64,000 nucleotides of DNA from a virus (taxonomy: Duplodnaviria; Caudoviricetes): IMG/VR virus record IMGVR_UViG_3300037851_000542, positions 32,001 to 96,000 of that record. One strand, given 5' to 3'. The notes below the pieces were generated by a model. The model made no database searches. It had not been told where the DNA came from and saw nothing but the letters and a program-made list of their open reading frames with translations. Position numbers and translations under genes: made by a program. This document shows, piece after piece, positions 8,902-19,108 of this stretch; positions within the stretch are counted from its first letter, which is position 1, and every line of letters begins with the position of its first letter.

Positions 8902-9237
8902 ATGAAATTACAAGTTAAATACCACTCTAATTACGACTATAAAGACTTAACGAAGCCTTTTCAATCTGTTAGCCTTGTAACTGATTCTGTAGCTCTTTTT
9001 ACTGAAAACTACGATGAAGAGGTCCTTATAAGACTTTTCTTTGGCGTATGTCCTGAGATTACAATATCCTTAACAAAAAAAGACAAGCATTTTACTAAGG
9101 ATTTAGAAATATTAAAGGGACTACGAGGAGACATAGATCATAGTTGGTTGCGTAATCCAGCAGGAGGAAAACCATATTTAGGCAACTCTTGCTGTTGTTT
9201 CTCAGTATGTTTTTTAAACATTGAAAGGTTAGAATAG
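8902..9237 (+). CDS. hypothetical protein (possible paralog of 9257..9571)
   Basis: both start MKLxVxY, contain FQSxSx and end xIERxx. Confidence 0.55.
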   Translation: MKLQVKYHSNYDYKDLTKPFQSVSLVTDSVALFTENYDEEVLIRLFFGVCPEITISLTKKDKHFTKDLEILKGLRGDIDHSWLRNPAGGKPYLGNSCCCFSVCFLNIERLE

Positions 9238-9256
9238 CCCTTAAAATTAATAAATT

Positions 9257-9571
9257 ATGAAATTAAAAGTTATCTATAAACAGAATACTGCTAACTTCAG
9301 GAACTTTGAGTATTTTAATTTTACTGGAGAGTTTCAAAGTATTTCTGTGGATAATTGTAGCAAAGGTACTGGCATAAAGATAATTTTTAAAGAAGCGCCT
9401 GTAGTTAAAATTATTATAGGCGATACTACTCAAGAAGATGAAATATATTTAGAAAGGTTAAGGCAAAACCTAGAAAATGAGTATAAAGTCTGTCTAAGTG
9501 ATTCCGGTTACTTCAGCGCGATAAGCTATAAATTTTCAGCAGGTACTTTAAGAATTGAAAGAGTAAATTAG
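9257..9571 (+). CDS. hypothetical protein (possible paralog of 8902..9237)
   Basis: see previous. Confidence 0.55.
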   Translation: MKLKVIYKQNTANFRNFEYFNFTGEFQSISVDNCSKGTGIKIIFKEAPVVKIIIGDTTQEDEIYLERLRQNLENEYKVCLSDSGYFSAISYKFSAGTLRIERVN

Positions 9572-9576
9572 GATAT

Positions 9577-9969
9577 ATGAAAAGTAAATTAGATTTTTCA
9601 GATCTTGTAGGAGGTGTTATAATTGAAATTAAGGGTTTGCAGAGCGGATCCGATGAAATAATATTTGTCTTAAAAGACGGACGTAAACTCACAATGTACC
9701 ACGATCAAGATTGTTGTGAGAATGTTGCTGTAGAGGATTTTGAAGGCGATATATTAGATATGCTAAATACACCTATACTCAAAGCAGAAATGTCAACTAA
9801 TCAAAACGATCCTGAAGAGGACGCCGGTGATAGTTTTACTTGGACTTTCTATAAACTAGCAACAATTAAAGGATCTTTAGATATAAGATGGTATGGGACA
9901 TCAAATGGTTACTATTCTGAAGAGGTCTATTTAAAGTGGGAAATTCCTGAGTTTAAATATATTATTTAA
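9577..9969 (+). CDS. conserved phage protein (HDQDCCE..WTFY..RWYGxSNGYYSE family)
   Basis: recognisable motif string common in phages. Confidence 0.7.
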   Translation: MKSKLDFSDLVGGVIIEIKGLQSGSDEIIFVLKDGRKLTMYHDQDCCENVAVEDFEGDILDMLNTPILKAEMSTNQNDPEEDAGDSFTWTFYKLATIKGSLDIRWYGTSNGYYSEEVYLKWEIPEFKYII

Positions 9970-9992
9970 TTTAAAAATAGGAAATTTTATAC

Positions 9993-10019
9993 TCAAGTAT
10001 TTTACCATTAGTACCGATA
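9993..10019 (+). promoter_or_regulatory. sigma28-like promoter (TCAA/ACCGATA variant)
   Basis: cTCAAgt, 16 nt, ACCGATA. Confidence 0.65.
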
Positions 10020-10821
10020 TATTCTATGGAAATAGTAATTTTATAAAAGGGAAGATATGGAATACCAAATTGTAAATCAAGATAATAAAAGAAGTTATAT
10101 AATTGTAACTGTAGGTAATAGTCAAGTAAAAATTACCAAAGATATAGGCGACTGGTTTACAGTAGAAAAACTAAATCCAGAAGTAACTAGTTACAATGAT
10201 TATATTTTTCTGCGTAGTGTTCCAGCAACCAGTTTTAATGAAGCTATTGAAAAAGTAAAAGAACTTCAAGAAAAATTTAGTTTGTAAACTACTAAAGGAT
10301 TAATGGAACTATACAAAGACATTGACTTTGAAGAGCTTGAAAAAAAGATTAAAAGTATAGTAAAATTAAAAGATATACACATGTTTGATCTACTGGATCA
10401 TAAGGATCTAGCCAAAGAAAATGAAGACGGTATTAGAATAGCTGTTTCACGTCTCCTACAGAAAGGAGAAATCGTATTTAAGAATGAACTGCTGTCGTCA
10501 ATTAGTAAATTTTCTCATCTTATTTAAATTAAGGGATTAAAAATATGTTACAACAACCAAAACCTGTAGTACCTATAAATGAATATTTTGGTGGATCAGA
10601 TTATATGTACGTTATTTACGTCTCAGTCGGATTTGGTCTAGTTTTAGGCTTTCTTCCTTTAATTTGTGACGGCGCAAGAAAAGAAGAAGAAGAAAGAAAA
10701 CGAAAAGTATGTTTAGACCACGGGGGCATCTTGAGTATATAGCATTATCTGATGGTACCTTTTATTGTACAGACGTAGAGTCAGAGGTTATTATTAATAT
10801 AGAAAACTTAAAACAACTAAG

Positions 10822-11907
10822 ATGAGAGATCAATTAGAAGAGGTCACTGAGAGGTACGAGCAGGTTGGGCAGATGTTGTCAGATCCGTCTACTATCCACG
10901 ACCGTGAGAAGTTTTCGAGATTGTCCCGTGAGCATAAAGACCTAAAGGAAATTGTTGCCACCTTTACTGCCTTTAAGCGGGTAGCTGAAGAGATTGAGGG
11001 AAATCAAGCGATTATTAAGGAGGGTAGTGATAATGAGTTGGCAGAAATGGCTCAGCTTGAGCTTAAGGAGCTTCAAGATAAAAGTGAAGCATTGGAGGAG
11101 CAGTTGCATGTTCTACTGCTGCCAAAAGATCCTCTTGACGAAAAAAACGTAATTTTGGAAATACGGGCAGGTACTGGTGGAAATGAGGCATCTCTGTTCG
11201 CTGGGGAATTGCTCCGCATGTATCTTCGATATGCTGAGCACCGTGGTTGGAAAAGTGAGCTGATGGACAGTAACTCATCTGAAGCTAGGGGTTTCAAGGA
11301 GGTGTCAGTGCTGTTATCCGGTGAAAAGGTCTATAGTAGGTTAAAGTTTGAGGCGGGAGTACATCGAGTACAAAGAGTGCCGGTAACCGAATCGCAGGGC
11401 AGAATCCATACTTCTACGGTAACAGTTGCAGTGATGCCGGAGGCTGAGGATATAGAAGTAGACGTTTATGATAAAGACATTCGGGTTGATGTTTATCGTG
11501 CGGGCGGACCCGGAGGGCAGTGTGTAAATACAACTGATTCAGCAGTTCGCCTTACCCATCTTCCCACGGGAATAGTTGTAGCGATGCAGGACGAAAAATC
11601 GCAACACAAGAACAAAGAGAAGGCGATGCGAGTTCTGAAGGCTCGGATCCTAGCAAAAAAAGAGGAGGAGCAGGCTGCTGAACGACGGGATGAAAGGCGG
11701 AGTCAAGTGGGGACCGGAGAACGTTCGGAGAAGATCAGGACATATAACTTTCCACAGTCAAGAGTTACTGATCATAGAATTCATTTGACGGTACACGCTT
11801 TGGATCAAGTGCTTAATGGAAGCCTTGATCTTTTGCTTGAGCCTATTATTGTGGAGTCTAGGGCTCAAAGTATTTCGCAGCAGAAGCAGGGAATTACCAA
11901 TATCTAA
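10822..11907 (+). CDS. prfA: Peptide chain release factor 1
   Basis: EIRAGTGGNEA, RVQRVPVTESQGRIHTS (PxT = RF1), GGPGGQ, SEKIRTYNFPQSRVTDHRI. Confidence 0.95.
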   Translation: MRDQLEEVTERYEQVGQMLSDPSTIHDREKFSRLSREHKDLKEIVATFTAFKRVAEEIEGNQAIIKEGSDNELAEMAQLELKELQDKSEALEEQLHVLLLPKDPLDEKNVILEIRAGTGGNEASLFAGELLRMYLRYAEHRGWKSELMDSNSSEARGFKEVSVLLSGEKVYSRLKFEAGVHRVQRVPVTESQGRIHTSTVTVAVMPEAEDIEVDVYDKDIRVDVYRAGGPGGQCVNTTDSAVRLTHLPTGIVVAMQDEKSQHKNKEKAMRVLKARILAKKEEEQAAERRDERRSQVGTGERSEKIRTYNFPQSRVTDHRIHLTVHALDQVLNGSLDLLLEPIIVESRAQSISQQKQGITNI

Positions 11908-12069
11908 AACTTAAAATAAATTATTTAATTTAAAAATACGGGGAGTTAATGAGAATAGTAAACAACTTAGATCCATTACTTTTATTGAGCAATGTTAAAG
12001 GTGAGCTTAGATGTACAAAAGGAGGAGAAAAAGTTGGACGTTTATATAGTGATGACTAAATTTTTAGCC

Positions 12070-12096
12070 TAAAGTTTTGTTATATTGTTGCCGATA
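12070..12096 (+). promoter_or_regulatory. sigma28-like promoter
   Basis: cTAAAgt, 16 nt, GCCGATA. Confidence 0.8.
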
Positions 12097-12134
12097 ATAT
12101 ATACATAAGAGTTATTTATTGGAGATATTTATAT

Positions 12135-13247
12135 ATGTGTGACAATATAACAAAGTTTGAGATGTCTATCGCAGGGTGTAACAAGAATAACCAGTTATTA
12201 GCTAAATTACATGAAAAATACGGTACTACTAAGGCTTTACCTCCTGAGACTGCATTCGTAGTAGGTCATACTCTACTATACGGTCCTGCAGGCTGTGGCA
12301 AAACTTCCTCAGCTTTAAAATGTGTAGAATTAGCAGGAGCGTCTGAAGAAAATAAAACTTTTTTTAAACTGTCTGCAGACAGTATTAATACAACTATAGA
12401 ATTTGTCAGAATACTAGAAGCAATATTAAACTGGGAAGGGTATCTTTGCAACTATGGTAAAATAGACCATAAGCATTGCGGTAAAAGGTGTTGTATTAAG
12501 GATCCAGTTCACCCTAGAGGACCAATTAAGCCTATTTACTTATTTATTGATGAAATTCACAACCTCAAAAAAGAAGTCCAAGAAGGGCTATTACTAATAT
12601 TAGAAGATTTCAGGTATCAGTATCGTGACGGAAATATAAACTATGATGTTCGATTTCCAAAGTTTACATTGCTTGCAGCTACAACTGATCCTGGGTTGCT
12701 TTTAAAGCCACTTATTAGCAGGTTTAAAATCAAATTAAAGGTTGATAGAAAAACTGATCAAGATATGGAATCAGTAGTTACTAGATTAGCAACAGAAAGA
12801 GGGCTAATACTAGAGCAAAAATCAGTTGAAGTTTTAAGTAGGATTTCGCAGGGGATTCCAAGAGAAGCACGTAACCACGTAGAGGGTTTATATAATTGCT
12901 GGGCTTATTTATTACATAATAATTCATCCATAGAAGGGCTTAGGGAGGATATTATTACTGGTAATGTAGCTGCCTACTATGCTAAAATTAATAATTTTAT
13001 ACAAGACGGTACTTCCCAAGAGCAATTAAATGTATTACTATATTTGAGCGGTAAGAGTGATAACGGTAAGTATATTACTGCCGGGGTCAAAAAATTATGT
13101 AATTCTTTAAGCTTTGATGAAAATTATTATTTATCCTTTATAGAGCCTAGGTTAATATTGAACGGATTGATTGATACGGCGCAATCAAGAAAGATTACTA
13201 ATAAAGGGCTAGAGTACTTAAACAGTATAAATAACAACTTGGATTAA
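12135..13247 (+). CDS. ruvB: RuvB-like AAA+ Holliday junction branch-migration ATPase
   Basis: HTLLYGPAGCGKT, LFIDEIHNL, FTLLAATT, GIPR, IEPRLI. Confidence 0.75.
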   Translation: MCDNITKFEMSIAGCNKNNQLLAKLHEKYGTTKALPPETAFVVGHTLLYGPAGCGKTSSALKCVELAGASEENKTFFKLSADSINTTIEFVRILEAILNWEGYLCNYGKIDHKHCGKRCCIKDPVHPRGPIKPIYLFIDEIHNLKKEVQEGLLLILEDFRYQYRDGNINYDVRFPKFTLLAATTDPGLLLKPLISRFKIKLKVDRKTDQDMESVVTRLATERGLILEQKSVEVLSRISQGIPREARNHVEGLYNCWAYLLHNNSSIEGLREDIITGNVAAYYAKINNFIQDGTSQEQLNVLLYLSGKSDNGKYITAGVKKLCNSLSFDENYYLSFIEPRLILNGLIDTAQSRKITNKGLEYLNSINNNLD

Positions 13248-13248
13248 A

Positions 13249-13449
13249 ATGAGAGACCCTAAACGTATACCAAAATTACTAGATCTTATTAAAAAATTAT
13301 GGGAAAAAAATCCAGATTTAAGGTTACTTCAAATGTTGGGCAATCTATTTAATAGTGGTTTTGATCCTTATTACACGGAAGATGATATTTTATATAAAAA
13401 GTTAATTCAAATGTATGGCGATCCTGATTTAAAGGATAAAAACAACTAA
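13249..13449 (+). CDS. small conserved phage protein (MRDPKRI..PDLRLxQ type)
   Basis: characteristic N-terminus. Confidence 0.65.
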   Translation: MRDPKRIPKLLDLIKKLWEKNPDLRLLQMLGNLFNSGFDPYYTEDDILYKKLIQMYGDPDLKDKNN

Positions 13450-13473
13450 AGTTATTTTTAACTTATACCAATA
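13447..13473 (+). promoter_or_regulatory. sigma28-like promoter (ACCAATA variant)
   Basis: cTAAAgt, 16 nt, ACCAATA; overlaps upstream TAA. Confidence 0.55.
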
Positions 13474-13504
13474 TATAAATATCAACTTAAATTATAGGAA
13501 CAGT

Positions 13505-13864
13505 ATGGGAAGAACAATTATTAAACTGGCAGATAGATACTTAGAGTGGTCTTCTATAGTTGACGCTCCTGCCACTTATGGTATGACTCTTGAGGAATTT
13601 AAAAATTACTACGAACAGTCCTACGGTACCAGTTCTATGGCTGAATTAGAGGAAAGACTTAAAAGGGTAGAAAAAACAGGCACAAGCTCTATGTCAGAGG
13701 AAACTGTAGACGAGTTGATATCTTTTAATAGAGCCGGATTTGAGGAAAGTTGTTTAAGCAAGGAAGAACTTATTGATCATTATGTAATAATTCCGGAACA
13801 GTTTTCAGTTAAGTTGGGTAAGAAGTTATCCTTAAGTAAAGATTTAGAAAACCTAAAAAAGTGA
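13505..13864 (+). CDS. hypothetical phage protein
   Basis: 119-aa ORF after promoter, SD present. Confidence 0.6.
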   Translation: MGRTIIKLADRYLEWSSIVDAPATYGMTLEEFKNYYEQSYGTSSMAELEERLKRVEKTGTSSMSEETVDELISFNRAGFEESCLSKEELIDHYVIIPEQFSVKLGKKLSLSKDLENLKK

Positions 13865-14168
13865 AATAATTTAAGCACTCTGTATAATTAATCATAAAAC
13901 TCTTGAGGATATTATCCTTAACACTGGTAATTTAAAAATTAAAAATTATTACTTATAGCCAAGATGTTTAATAACCCTTTAATTAAAACCATTAAAGTTC
14001 CGGCAAACTTTAATGGAACTGTTATAGTGAAATATGATATAACCTATGAGAAATTTAGGAGAATAAATCTTTTAGCTAATGGACATACTTACCCTAAAAT
14101 TTCAACAGCTAATACTTGCTCTAAATACCCTACTAGTCATTTTGATAAGAATTAAATTAATTTTTAAT

Positions 14169-14195
14169 TAAAGTTTTTTATAATCTGCGCCGATA
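14169..14195 (+). promoter_or_regulatory. sigma28-like promoter
   Basis: tTAAAgt, 16 nt, GCCGATA. Confidence 0.8.
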
Positions 14196-14223
14196 TAAAT
14201 ATTGTTAATAACATTTAAAACCA

Positions 14224-14487
14224 ATGGAAAATACGGCTACAATAAACATCTCATTACCAGACCAGCTATCAGACTATGTTAAATCTAGAATAGATATAGA
14301 AGGCTATCAAACTGTAAGTGAGTATTTTAGACATTTAGTTAGAGAAGATCAGAAAAGTAAAACTGTGTCTACAATTAACAATCTTATTGAGGAAGCTTTA
14401 AATTCTCCAAGTACTCCTTTAACTGATGAGGACTGGTCCTTACTTAGAAATAAACTAGAGCAACATAGAGCTAAAAAAATAGATTAA
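14224..14487 (+). CDS. ParD-family ribbon-helix-helix antitoxin (orphan)
   Basis: TINISLPDQLSDYVKSRI..GYQTVSEYFRHLVREDQ..LIEEALNS..PLTDEDW. Confidence 0.75.
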   Translation: MENTATINISLPDQLSDYVKSRIDIEGYQTVSEYFRHLVREDQKSKTVSTINNLIEEALNSPSTPLTDEDWSLLRNKLEQHRAKKID

Positions 14488-15286
14488 ATTATATGGCGTT
14501 AAAGGTTAAACAAGATTTTATTAATATACCTTATAGAGATATTGGGGCAGGACAATTTACAACTGAAAGGGTAATTTCTGTAAATGGTAATACAGTCATA
14601 GTCCACAGCTCAAATTTAGAAAACGGTAATATTAAATGTGAAATTACCAACCGTATTAAAAATGAAGTATGTTTTATTATACCTTGCACTGATGTTTTAG
14701 ATGGATATAGATTCTCTAGTATAATTTTAGTATAGTTAAAAATATGTTTGATAAATTTATTTCTATAAAACTGCCCTGTAAGTGTCTAAGTAATCCTGTT
14801 ATAGATTTTCTTACTGATACACGCACTGTTTCAGTTTTTGGTCATAAGTTTATAGTAGATAGAAGTTCATACTGGAATGGTGCTATTTTCTGCACTGCTT
14901 ATAAAAATCCTTCTAATAGTACCATTAGAGTGAAAATACCTTATAATAAAATTGTGACTAAAGTCAGTAGTGGAACTTTCATTTTAAATTTGATATAATT
15001 AAAAATATGTTTGAACAAAGAATAGAAGATATAGCTGAAATGATTTATTTTCTGGGGCACCAAGGCAAAGGTGTAACAGATATAACTGTAGCAATCAGTA
15101 ATAAATATAACCTAAATGAAACCAGTTCTATCTCTAGAATATTAGAGGAGTACTTTGATCCTAGTACTAAGCTGGGTTTACAAAAATCAGCAGAATTAAT
15201 AAATAGTGAAATAATGCTAAAGGAGTTAGAACAACATTCCGATATAATCTATGACAGTTTTAGATAGATTAAAATAGGATTATAGT

Positions 15287-16336
15287 ATGAGTAAGTTTGA
15301 AGCACCTTTAACAACCTTTACTTTATCACCCCATGAGAATGCAGATTCATTATCTATAGCTCAAGTAGGCGGATGGACTTGTGTTGTAAAAACAGAAGAT
15401 TTTATTAATGAAACTCTAGGTGTATACTTACCTTTAGATTCTATTGCTGATGAAAATCATCCATTACTTTTTTTTCTTGGCGGCAAAAGAGTTAAAACTG
15501 TTAAACTAAGAGGAGTTATATCACAAGGTTTATTATTACCTTTTTCAAAAGTAATAGAATATATGAAAACTACTTTGGGAATGTCTGAAGCTTCTATAGA
15601 AAAAGTTAGTATATTAGGTAAAGACTTCGTAGGCATACTAAGGGTTAGAAGATGGGAAGACTCTACTAAACTATCTTTAGGCGGTGATGCTGAAACCCCT
15701 AATCCTTTATTTAATAAGTATACAGATATTGAGAATATTAAAAACTTTACAAATGTTATAGTTAAAGGGGAACATATAAATCTCCAAGAGAAGCTTCACG
15801 GTTCTAGTAGTCGGTTCTCCCTAATCAATAATGAACTTATGATCGGTTCTAGAAATATCCAATTAAAAATTGAGGCTGAAAAAGAACCTAACTCTATATG
15901 GCATTATGTTTACAGAAGCAATAACCTAAAAGATAAACTTGAGCTGCTAGCTAAAATAACTGGCTCTTCTCATGTAGGTATATATGGTGAAATAGTGGGT
16001 AAAGGTATTCAGGATCTTCACTATAATCATAATACCCCTTATCTTTATGTTTATGATATAGTAGTAGATGGTAATTATGTTAGCCCCGATCTTTGTGAGC
16101 ATTATTGCAAAGAACTATCTTTAACTCATATTCCTATTCTTTTTAAAGGTCAATACACAGAAAACTTATTGCAATTAAGGTTAGGAAAAAGTACACTTGC
16201 TGATCATGTGAGAGAGGGTATTATTATAAAACCTATGATACCTAGGACTGATCCAGCTTTAGGTAGAGTAGTTTTAAAAGTAATTAGTGAAGACTACTTG
16301 ATGAGAAAGAATCCAAAAGATGCTAAGGATATTTAA
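15287..16336 (+). CDS. ATP-dependent RNA ligase (DRB0094/Rnl2-like) with N-terminal OB-like domain
   Basis: HENADSLSIAQVGGWTCVV; EKLHGSS (motif I); YGEIVG; REGIIIKP; LKVISEDYL. Confidence 0.85.
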   Translation: MSKFEAPLTTFTLSPHENADSLSIAQVGGWTCVVKTEDFINETLGVYLPLDSIADENHPLLFFLGGKRVKTVKLRGVISQGLLLPFSKVIEYMKTTLGMSEASIEKVSILGKDFVGILRVRRWEDSTKLSLGGDAETPNPLFNKYTDIENIKNFTNVIVKGEHINLQEKLHGSSSRFSLINNELMIGSRNIQLKIEAEKEPNSIWHYVYRSNNLKDKLELLAKITGSSHVGIYGEIVGKGIQDLHYNHNTPYLYVYDIVVDGNYVSPDLCEHYCKELSLTHIPILFKGQYTENLLQLRLGKSTLADHVREGIIIKPMIPRTDPALGRVVLKVISEDYLMRKNPKDAKDI

Positions 16337-18700
16337 AGGAACTCTATGGCTTACTACTTCATTGTTAAGAGCAGCACTGATTCTAGGTATGGAGTACTTT
16401 CTATTGAAAAGACTACCTCTAAAAAAAGAATAAAGAGTTTTCTCCTGCAACATGAGAAAACTAAAGATAATTATGAGTTTACTTTTCCTGATTTAGCAAA
16501 AGAAAATACTTATGGTTCTAATTTTCATAGGAATATAGTTAGAGTTTATGGATTAGAGAAAGCTTTACCTTTACGGGAACTAAAAAAAGAAGCATCTAAA
16601 GCACAAAAAGCTAATTATGGATCAATCTATTCTAAATCTTACTCTCTAGACAATATTATAGAGAATTATCTTTATAAGCACGCATACAGGATTGATCAAG
16701 TTGAGGATCTTTAAGTGAGCAAATTTAAAAAAGTTACATCTGGTTTTTATTATAAAAATAATGATATAATATCCAATAGTCTTTCTCCTTTAACTTTCTC
16801 TATAAGTAATTGCCCTAGACTTAAAGAAAAAATATTAGCACTGGCTAAACAGGTTTACAAGTTGAACAATAAATATGATGACGGGGTGAATAATATTTCT
16901 TTTTATGATTATAGAAATTTTCAAATTCACAGTAAAACAGGTAAAAGTTTAGGGATTAATTTTGCTATTTTTCACGTAGAGGTAGATGGATTTATTGTTA
17001 CTGGTGAACTAGGCGACGAGAAAACAGAATTTAAAACAGGCTGGATACAACTAAAGTGAAAAGAAGAAGAATAAAAAAACTCGCGCCGCCATTAAAAAAA
17101 CAGTGGAAAACTACAGATATTATGTTAGACTTAGTTTATTATACTAAAGAAATACCTTATCCTGTATATAAACATCCAGACGGTGGGTACGTAATAGCTG
17201 ATAATACACCTAGAACTTTAATCTGGTGGCAGGATTATATAGGGGATTTTTTAAGGATAATAAGAGCATCTAATCCAGAAGAATTAGCAGTAAAGTATTT
17301 AGTATTCTTTCTAAACCCAGAGGTTATACAAATACAGCTCGAAGAGGATGCCGAAGTTTATGAAGATGATGAATTTAATAATTGAATAAACATATGAGAT
17401 CTGAAATTAGAATAGAAGTAGAAGAAGTAAAAAATTTAACTGAAGAACAGTTTGAGTATTTACTATTAAACTTTAGATGCATCTTTACAGAAAACAAAGT
17501 AGACAAAGGGGTGAGTTTACCCTATGAAGATGCTAAAATTCTATTTGAGGTAGAAGAAAAGTACAATCAAACTTTAGAAGAGCTAAAAGAAAAACTGTTA
17601 TAATCTGAGTAAAAGTATGAACATAAAACTACAAGACTTTAAAGATCACATTGATAGTGCTATTGTATTAGGTGATATTAAAAAAGATACTGAGTATAGA
17701 TTATTTTATAATTACCCTAGGATCTCAGAGTCTGATATAACAGTGGATAATGACATATGCACTTTAAATGGTATAGTCTTAGACACGTATTATATCTTTA
17801 AATCTGAGCACAAACTAATTAAATTGTTAGCTTTTGAAAATAAAGATTATCTAAAAAACTGGTACTTAAAAGAAGTTTAAAATGAGAGGACTATCAACCT
17901 GTTTCTTTTTATTTATAGTCTTAATATATCTTTATGGGTTTTACTGGGTCGCCGCGCTCAACCGTAATAATTACTTAGATAGAAGCAAGATCTGGTATGA
18001 TATTGATCCTAACAGTGAAGAGTACCTTGAGTCTAAAAGTCCGTACCAATCTTTTAAAATTATAGCTAGAGTTCTTCTATTTATGATCTGTATAATAGTC
18101 ATAACTATTATTAGGATTGCATTTAATTTACCTTAAATAATGCTAAAAGTTATTTTTTAATATCAATTAAAGGAATAAAATGACAAAAAATGTTGAGATA
18201 AAGAATTATAAAAATAAGGAAGTCTCTTGGGGTCGAGGATTGAGAGATGGTCTATTGGGGCTTAAAAATTTAGATGAAAATACTGCATATTTTGAAGGCT
18301 ATAAAAAAGTGCCCATCCAAAGGAAAGCACTTGGACCTGTTTATGTTGAAGTACCTAAAACTGTTATAGAAATGTTATCGTTTGAGGAGAACACAGAAAA
18401 GAAACTAGGAGTAAACAAGCAATATGGCAGACGATAAACTTCCAGACGAAAGTATGTGTACATCCTTTGCAAGGCTAGTCAGTGCTATTCAACACGCCGA
18501 GGAAACCGGCGCTCTCGATAATATCGAATTCTTGGCAGAGGCATTAGAAATCTACCAAACCAACTTTGAGTATAACCACTCTTTTATGCGTAAGGGACCT
18601 GCATATATGCTAAAAGCGAGGGAATTACTTCGTTTATGGGCAGAGAAAAAGTATTCGGAGGATTCGAACGACGTAGCTAAGGTAAATACTAAGGTAGTCA

Positions 18701-19024
18701 ATTAATGAAATAGAAAGAACATGTCTTTATTAATTTCCTGAGAGTAACCAGTGGGAAGCAGAAGTTTGGACTTTATTCGTTCACTTAACCAAACCCTAAG
18801 CAGATAAAATTAGATCTAAAATAAAGAAAGCTTCTGGTTCTTATTTAAACCTGTCTACTAGGGTCTCCTGCTCTCAACCTTATAGCTTTAAACTTTGTAA
18901 GCGTTCAGCTGAGGAAGTTGAAAGTCTGGTGAAGAGAAGCTCCGGTGGGTATCACCCAAGATACTCTGTAGCTAAGAAGGTAGATCTTAAAAAGGATTTA
19001 TACAAGCTGGGTATATTCAGATAG
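18701..19024 (+). pseudogene. possible decayed gene with two in-frame TAA (18731, 18797)
   Basis: 400-bp gap in an otherwise dense region; one frame reads protein-like across the stops. Confidence 0.35.
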
Positions 19025-19031
19025 AATTAAC

Positions 19032-19058
19032 TAAAGTTTTGTAGCATATTGACCGATA
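19032..19058 (+). promoter_or_regulatory. sigma28-like promoter
   Basis: cTAAAgt, 16 nt, ACCGATA. Confidence 0.75.
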
Positions 19059-19083
19059 AGTAATAAGTAATAAGTAATAAGTA
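19056..19083 (+). repeat. 4 x ATAAGTA tandem repeat
   Basis: exact copies at 19056, 19063, 19070, 19077. Confidence 0.9.
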
Positions 19084-19108
19084 AACATTAACTTATATAA
19101 GGTAAAAT

